From the human T2T-CHM13v2.0 reference genome, Homo sapiens: a stretch of 64,000 bases of DNA. This document shows positions 58,501-64,000 of this stretch, one piece after another; position 1 is the stretch's first letter, and every line of letters starts with the position of its first letter. A model generated the notes under the pieces. That model saw only the letters and a program-made list of their open reading frames with translations. It was not told the DNA's origin and ran no database searches. The translations under genes and the position numbers were made by a program. The stretch is from assembly GCF_009914755.1 (NCBI RefSeq), contig NC_060926.1; one strand, 5' to 3'.

Positions 58501-58953
58501 AAATGCATGGAACTTTATAGCACGAAGAGTGAACCTTAGTGTATGCAAAACTGATAAATCATTTATGAGGTCAGGGGATCCCACAATGGAATGCAGAATG
58601 CAACAAAATGAATGAACTGTATTACAAATACATGAAACAAGTTCACTGAAGAGGTTGAGGGATAAGGTCCTGGCTCCAGTAACTTGGGAAATAAGCACTG
58701 TAGGTATGTAAGACTAAAGACAAACAAAACTGCACATAAGCACTATACCCTGGATGATAAAGTTGTTTCCCACGGAGTTACATTTTAGCAATTCTGATAC
58801 TGCTACAACAGTATGTCGGAATGGAACAATAAAGTAAGCGGGATGAAAATTTACAGATAACCAAGAGAGAGGCAGCCAGAATAATCAATACAGTCATGAA
58901 TTAAAGTTGTACATGTCAGTATGAACTCATTTTAGCTTAAGAACGATACAGAC

Positions 58954-59325
58954 TACCATGGTTTGAACGTGTCCCCAAAACTTCATGTGTTAAAAACTTA
59001 ATCCCCAAATGTATATGTTGATTGGAGGTGAGACATTTGGGAGTTAATTAGAAATAGATAATGTCATCAGGTTGGGGACCCTATGATAGGATTGGTGAGT
59101 TTATAAAAAAAATGGAAGAGAGACACGAGCTGACATGCACACTCTTGCCCTCTTGCCATGGGATTCCCTGTGCCATGTTATGACATAGCAAGAAGACCCT
59201 CACCAGATGCTGGTGCCATACTTTTGGACTTCCCAGCCTCCAGAACTGTAAAAAATAAATCTCTTTTTTAATATATTACCTAGTCTGGCATATTCTGTCA
59301 TGACCATAGAGAACAGACTAAAGCA
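58954..59325 (+). mobile_element. MST-family solo LTR
   Basis: catggtttgaacgtgtccccaaaacttcatgtgtt...cccagcctccagaactgt...acagactaaagca. Confidence 0.8.
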
Positions 59326-59598
59326 TATGCAGTAACATATAGAAGCATTTTTATTCATATATATGGAAAGCCTGGAAGCAATGACATCTTAGTTGCAACA
59401 AACACACCTAGTAGCCATATCTTGGTTTTTAATATTATTCTCCAATGCAAAACAAACAAACAAACAAAAAAACCCCAAAAACAAAAAGCAAACAAACAAA
59501 CAAAAAAACCAGAATTCTTTGGATCAATGGATGTTTCCAGGACTAGAGCAGAAAATATATAAGATGAGCCTGGACCATCCTATAATGTCAGAAAGTAA

Positions 59599-59955
59599 GT
59601 ATGATAATTTAAACATGCCCCCTCCAAAATTCAGGTGTTGTCAGTATGACACTATTAAAAGGTGGGACCCCTAAGAGATGATTAGGCCATGAGGGCCACA
59701 CCATTCTTAATGAGATTAAGGCACTGGTAAAATATGCTTCACTCCCCATTCAACTAGCTTGCTCTTCAGCTATTCTGCCATGTGAGGACAAGACATTCCA
59801 CTCTCCTGGAAAAATCCCTCATGAGATAGTCAAACCTCTCAGCACTTTGATCTTGAACTTAGCAGCCATCAGAACTATAAGGAAATACAGGTTTACTATT
59901 TATAAATTACCCAATCTGTGATATTCTTTTATAGCAGCACAAATGAACTAGGACA
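59599..59955 (+). mobile_element. MST-family solo LTR
   Basis: gattaggccatgagggc...aaattacccaatctgtgatattc...aaatgaactaggaca. Confidence 0.75.
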
Positions 59956-60065
59956 AAACAACACAAAATCAGAAACACACACACTGTTATGTAGATGTGA
60001 CAAGTTAACACAGCCAAGCAACAAGCTCCCAATGGCCAAAGCTGGGACAATTTGAGGAATAAAAT

Positions 60066-60515
60066 TGTCAGGCCTCTGAGCCCAAGCCAAGCCATCGCAT
60101 CCCCTGTGACTTGCACGTATACGCCCAGATGGCCTGAAGTAACTGAAGAATCACAAAAGAAGTGAATATGCCCTGCCCCACCTTAACTGATGACATTCCA
60201 CCACAAAAGAAGTGTAAATGGCTGGTCCTTGCCTTAACTGATGACATTACCTTGTGAAAGTCCTTTTCCTGGCTCATCCTGGCTCAAAAAGCAGCCCCAC
60301 TGAGCACCTTGTGACCCCCACTCCTGCCCGCCAGAGAACCCCACTTTGATTGTAATTCTCCTTTACCTACCCAAATCCTATAAAACGGCCCCACCCCTAT
60401 CTCCCTTCACTGACTCTCTTTTCAGACCCAGTCTGCCTGCACCCAGGTGAAATAAACAGCCATGTTGCTCACACAAAGCCTGTTTGGTGGTCTCTTCACA
60501 TGGACGCGCATGAAA
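60066..60515 (+). mobile_element. HERV-H 5' LTR (LTR7, 7up-like)
   Basis: tgtcaggcctctgagcccaagccaagcc...ggacgcgcatgaaa, with TATA-like tataaaa near 60379 and aataaa near 60451. Confidence 0.97.
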
Positions 60516-60517
60516 TT

Positions 60518-60535
60518 TGGTGCCGTGACTCGGAT
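60518..60535 (+). promoter_or_regulatory. Primer-binding site for tRNA-His
   Basis: TGGTGCCGTGACTCGGAT is complementary to the 3' 18 nt of tRNA-His. Confidence 0.95.
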
Positions 60536-61119
60536 CAGGGGACCTCCCTTGGGAGATCAATCCCCTGTCCTCCTGTTCTTTGCTCCGTGAGAAAGATCCA
60601 CCTACGACCTCAGGTCCTCAGACCGACCAGCCCAAGGAACATCTCACCAATTTTAAATCAGGTAAGTGGCCTCTTCTTACTGTCTTCTTCAACCTCTCTC
60701 ACTGTCCCTCAACCACTTTCTCCTTTCCACTCTTCAATCTCTCCCTTCTCTTAATTTCAATTCCTTTCATTTTCTGGGAGAGACGAAGGAGACACGTTTT
60801 TTCCGTGGACCCAAAACTCCGACGCCGGTCACGGACTGGGAAGGCAGCCTTCCCTTGGTGTTTAATCATTGCAGGGACATCTCTCTGATTATTCACCCAT
60901 ATTTCAAAGGTATCAGACCACGCAAGGACGCCTGCCTTGGTCCTTCACCCTTAGCGGCAAGTCCCGCTTTTCTGGGGAAGGGGCAAGTACCACAACCCCT
61001 TCTCTCCTTGTCTCTACCCCTTCTCTGCTTTTCTGGGGGAGGGGAAAGTACCCCTCAACCCCTTCTCCTTCACTCTTAACAGCAAGTCCCACTTTTCTAG
61101 AGGAGGGGCAAGTACCCCA

Positions 61120-61440
61120 ACCTCGTATCTCTGCACCCCAATCCCTTATTTCCACGCCCCAACCTCTTATATCTCTGCACCCCAATCCCTTATTTCCACA
61201 CCCTGACCTCTTATCTCTGCACCCCAATCCCTTATTTCCATGCCCCAACCTCTTATATCTCTGCACCCCAATCCCTTATTTCCGCACCCTGACCTCTTAT
61301 CTCTGCACCCCAATCCCTTATTTCCGTGCCCTGACCCCTTATTTCCATGCCCCAACTCCTTATTTCCATGCCCTGACCCCTTATTTCTGCACCCCATCCC
61401 TTATTTCCACACCCCGACCTCTTATCTCTGCGCCCCAACC
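61120..61440. repeat. HERV-H leader tandem repeat (~43-45-bp units plus ~20-bp half units)
   Basis: Repeated cctcttat(at)ctctgcaccccaatcccttatttcc. Confidence 0.9.
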
Positions 61441-61531
61441 CCTTTTCCCACTTTTCTGGAAGGTAAGAACCCCCAAACCCCTTCCCTCCATTTCTCTACT
61501 CTGTCTTTTCTCTAGGCTTCCTTCCTTCACT

Positions 61532-62755
61532 ATGGGCAACCTTCCACCCTCCATTCCTCCTTCTACTCCCTTGGCCTGTGTTCTCAAAAACTTAAAACCT
61601 TTTCAACTCACAACTGACCTAAAACCTAAATGCCTTATTTTCTTCTGAAATGCCGCTTGACCCCAATACAAACTCGACAGTAGTTCCGAATAGCCAGAAA
61701 ATGGCACTTTGAATTTTTCCATCCTGCAAGATCTAAATAATTATTGTCGTAAAATAGGCAAAGGGTCTGAGGTGCCTGACGTCCAGGCATTCTTTTACAC
61801 ATCAGTCCCTTCCTAGTCTCTGTGCCCAGTGCAACTCGTCCCAAATCTTCCTTCTTTCCCTCCCGCCTGTCCCCTCAGTACCAACCCCAAGCGTCGCTGA
61901 GTCTTTCTAATCTTCCTTTTCTACAGACCCATCTGACCTCTCCCCTCCTCCCCAGGCTGCTCCTCGCCAGGCCGAGCTAGGTCCCAATTCTTCCTCAGCC
62001 TCTGCTCCTCCACCCTATAATCTTTTTATCACCTCCCCTCCTCACACCTGGTCCGGCTTACAGTTTCGTTCCGTGACTAGCCCTCCCGCTCCTGCCCAGC
62101 AATTTACTCTTAAAAAGGTGGCTGGAGCTAAAGGCATAGTCAAGGTTAATGCTCCTTTTCCTTACCCCAAATCAGATAGCGTTTAGGCTTTTTTTCATCA
62201 AATATAAAAATCCAGCCCAGTTCATGACTTGTTTGGCAACAACCCTGAGACACTTTACAGCCCTAGACCCTAAAAGGTGAAAAGGCCGTCTTATTCTCAA
62301 AACACATTTTATTAGCCAATCTGCTCCTGACATTAAATAAAACTCCAAAAATTAAATTCCAGCCCCCAAACCCCACAACAGGATTTAATTAACCTCACCT
62401 TCAAGGTGTACAATAATAGAAAAAAGTTGCAATTCCTTGCCTCCACTGTGAGACAAACCCCAGCCACATCTCCAGCACACAAGAACTTCCAAATGCCTGA
62501 ACCGCAGCGGCCAGGCGTTCCTCCAGAACGTCCTCCCACAGGAGCTTGCTACACATGCTGGAAATCTGGCCACTGGGCCAAGGAATGCCCGCAGCCCGGG
62601 ATTCCTCCTAAGCCGTGTCCCATCTGTGTGGGACCCCACCGAAAATCAGACTTCAACTCACCTGGCAGCCACTCCCAGCGCCCCTGGAACTCTGGCCCAA
62701 GGCTCTCTGACTGACTCCTTCCCAGATCTTCTCGGCTTAGCAGCTGAAGACTGAC
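61532..62755 (+). pseudogene. gag: HERV-H gag remnant
   Basis: Starts MGNLPPSIPP. Zinc knuckle CYTCWKSGHWAKEC plus a degenerate second knuckle CPICVGPH. Multiple stops. Confidence 0.88.
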
Positions 62756-62789
62756 ACTGCCCGATTGCCTCGGAAGCCCCCTAGACCAT

Positions 62790-63190
62790 CACGGACGCCG
62801 AGCTTCGGGTAACTCTCACAGTGGAAGGTAAGCCTGTCCCCTTCTTAATCAATACGGAGGCCACCCACTCCACATTACCTTCTTTTCAAGGGCCTGTTTC
62901 CCTTGCCTCCATAACTGTTGTGGGTATTGACGGCCAGGCTTCTAAACCTCTTAAAACTCCCCAACTCTGGTGCCAACTTAGACAATACTCTTTTAAGCAC
63001 TCCTTTTTAGTTATCCCCACCTGCCCAGTTCCCTTATTAGGCTGAGACACTTTAACTAAATTATCTGCTTCCCTGACTATTCCTGGACTACAGCTGTATC
63101 TCATTGCCGCCCTTCTTCCCAATCCAAAGCCTCCTTTGCATCCTCCTCTTGTATCCCCCAACCTTAACCCACAAGTATAAGATACCTCTA
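62790..63190 (+). pseudogene. pro: HERV-H protease remnant
   Basis: FLINTEATHS at the position of the D-T-G active-site motif. Stop codon after PVPLLG. Confidence 0.85.
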
Positions 63191-63198
63191 CTCCCTCC

Positions 63199-64000
63199 TT
63201 GGCAACCGATCATGCACCCCTTACCATCTCATTAAAACCTAATCACCCTTACCCCACTCAATGCCAATATCCCATCCCGCAGCACGCTTTAAAAAGATTA
63301 AAGCCTGTTATCACTCGCCTGCTACAGCATGGCCTTTTAAAGCCTATAAACTCTCCTTACAAGTCCCCCATTTTATCTGTCCTAAAACCAGACAAGCCTT
63401 ACAAGTTAGTTCAGGATCTGCGCCTTATCAACCACATTGTTTTGCCTATCCACCCCATGGTGCCAAACCCATATACTCTCCTATCCTCAATATCTGCCTC
63501 TACAACCCATTATTCTGTTCTAGATCTCAAACATGCTTTCTTTACTATTCCTTTGCACCCTTAATCCCAGCCTCTCTTCATTTTCACTTGGACTGACCCT
63601 GACACCCATCAAGCTCAGCAAATTACCTAGGCTGTACTGCCGCAAAGCTTCACAGACAGCCCCCATTATTTCAATCAAGTCCAAATTTCTTCCTCATCTG
63701 TTACCTATCTCGGCATAATTCTCATAAAAACACACGTGCTCTCCTTGCCAATCGTGTCCGACTGATCTCTCAAACCCAAGCACCTTCTACAAAACAACTC
63801 CTTTCCTTCCTAGGCATGGTTAGCGCAGTCAGAATTCTTACACAAAAGCCAGGACCACATCCTGTAGCCTTTTTGTCCAAACAACTTGACCTTACTGTTT
63901 TAGGCTGGCCATCATGTCTCCGTGCAGCCGCTGCTGCTGCCCTAATACTTTTAGAGGCCCTCAAAGTCACAAACTATGCTCAACTCACTCTCTACAGTTC
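63199..64000 (+). pseudogene. pol: HERV-H pol (RT) remnant
   Basis: LVQDLRLIN, YSVLDLKHAFFTIPL and LPQSF motifs. The YxDD segment appears deleted near 63680, and there are several stops. Confidence 0.9.

Larger units (their letters stand above)
54520..60065 (+). mobile_element. Old, internally deleted L1MC-type LINE with nested insertions
   Basis: ORF2 remnant SITLIPKPNKNITRKVNYRPI (within ORF 56068-56283) matches the L1 ORF2 ITLIPKP...NFRPIS motif. L1MC-type 3' UTR ggtcaggggatcccacaatggaatgcag. Confidence 0.8.
60516..64000 (+). mobile_element. HERV-H internal region (deleted, non-autonomous type), cut by the window end
   Basis: Leader with splice donor CAG|GTAAGT at 60661/60662, then gag, pro and pol remnants with stops and frameshifts. 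Confidence 0.96.

Noticed and set aside
61120-61440. Repeat array that could be taken for CRISPR
   Set aside because: No unique spacers, no cas genes, eukaryotic context; it is the HERV-H leader repeat.
60869-61648. 259-aa Pro-rich ORF
   Set aside because: It reads through the HERV-H leader repeat into the first gag codons, starts at TTG and stops early.

Overview
This is primate (almost certainly human or great-ape) non-coding DNA, intergenic or intronic and dense with repeats. I see no intact host protein-coding gene, no CRISPR array and no prokaryotic system. The ORF-track entries I could assign come from Alus, microsatellites, LTRs, L1 ORF2 remnants or HERV-H gag/pro/pol remnants, and none of the rest looks like a real protein. 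Main content: about ten Alu-family copies, old L2/MIR/L1M/MER fragments, four MLT2A LTRs, several THE1/MST/MLT1 LTRs, a two-LTR MSTA element with a nested THE1 LTR, a full-length U6 retrocopy inside an MLT1 LTR, and the 5' ~4 kb of a HERV-H provirus with an LTR7up-like LTR that runs off the right edge. Four structures are not explained by repeat families I recognise: a nested inverted duplication at 43.3-44.3 kb with a 52-bp perfect core, a perfect 24-bp hairpin at 25.6 kb, a (TA)n tract with direct and inverted copies of its own flank at 25.0-25.5 kb, and a ~200-bp direct duplication at 52.1/53.1 kb. Repeat subfamily names come from my recall of consensus sequences, and boundaries of old repeats are approximate.
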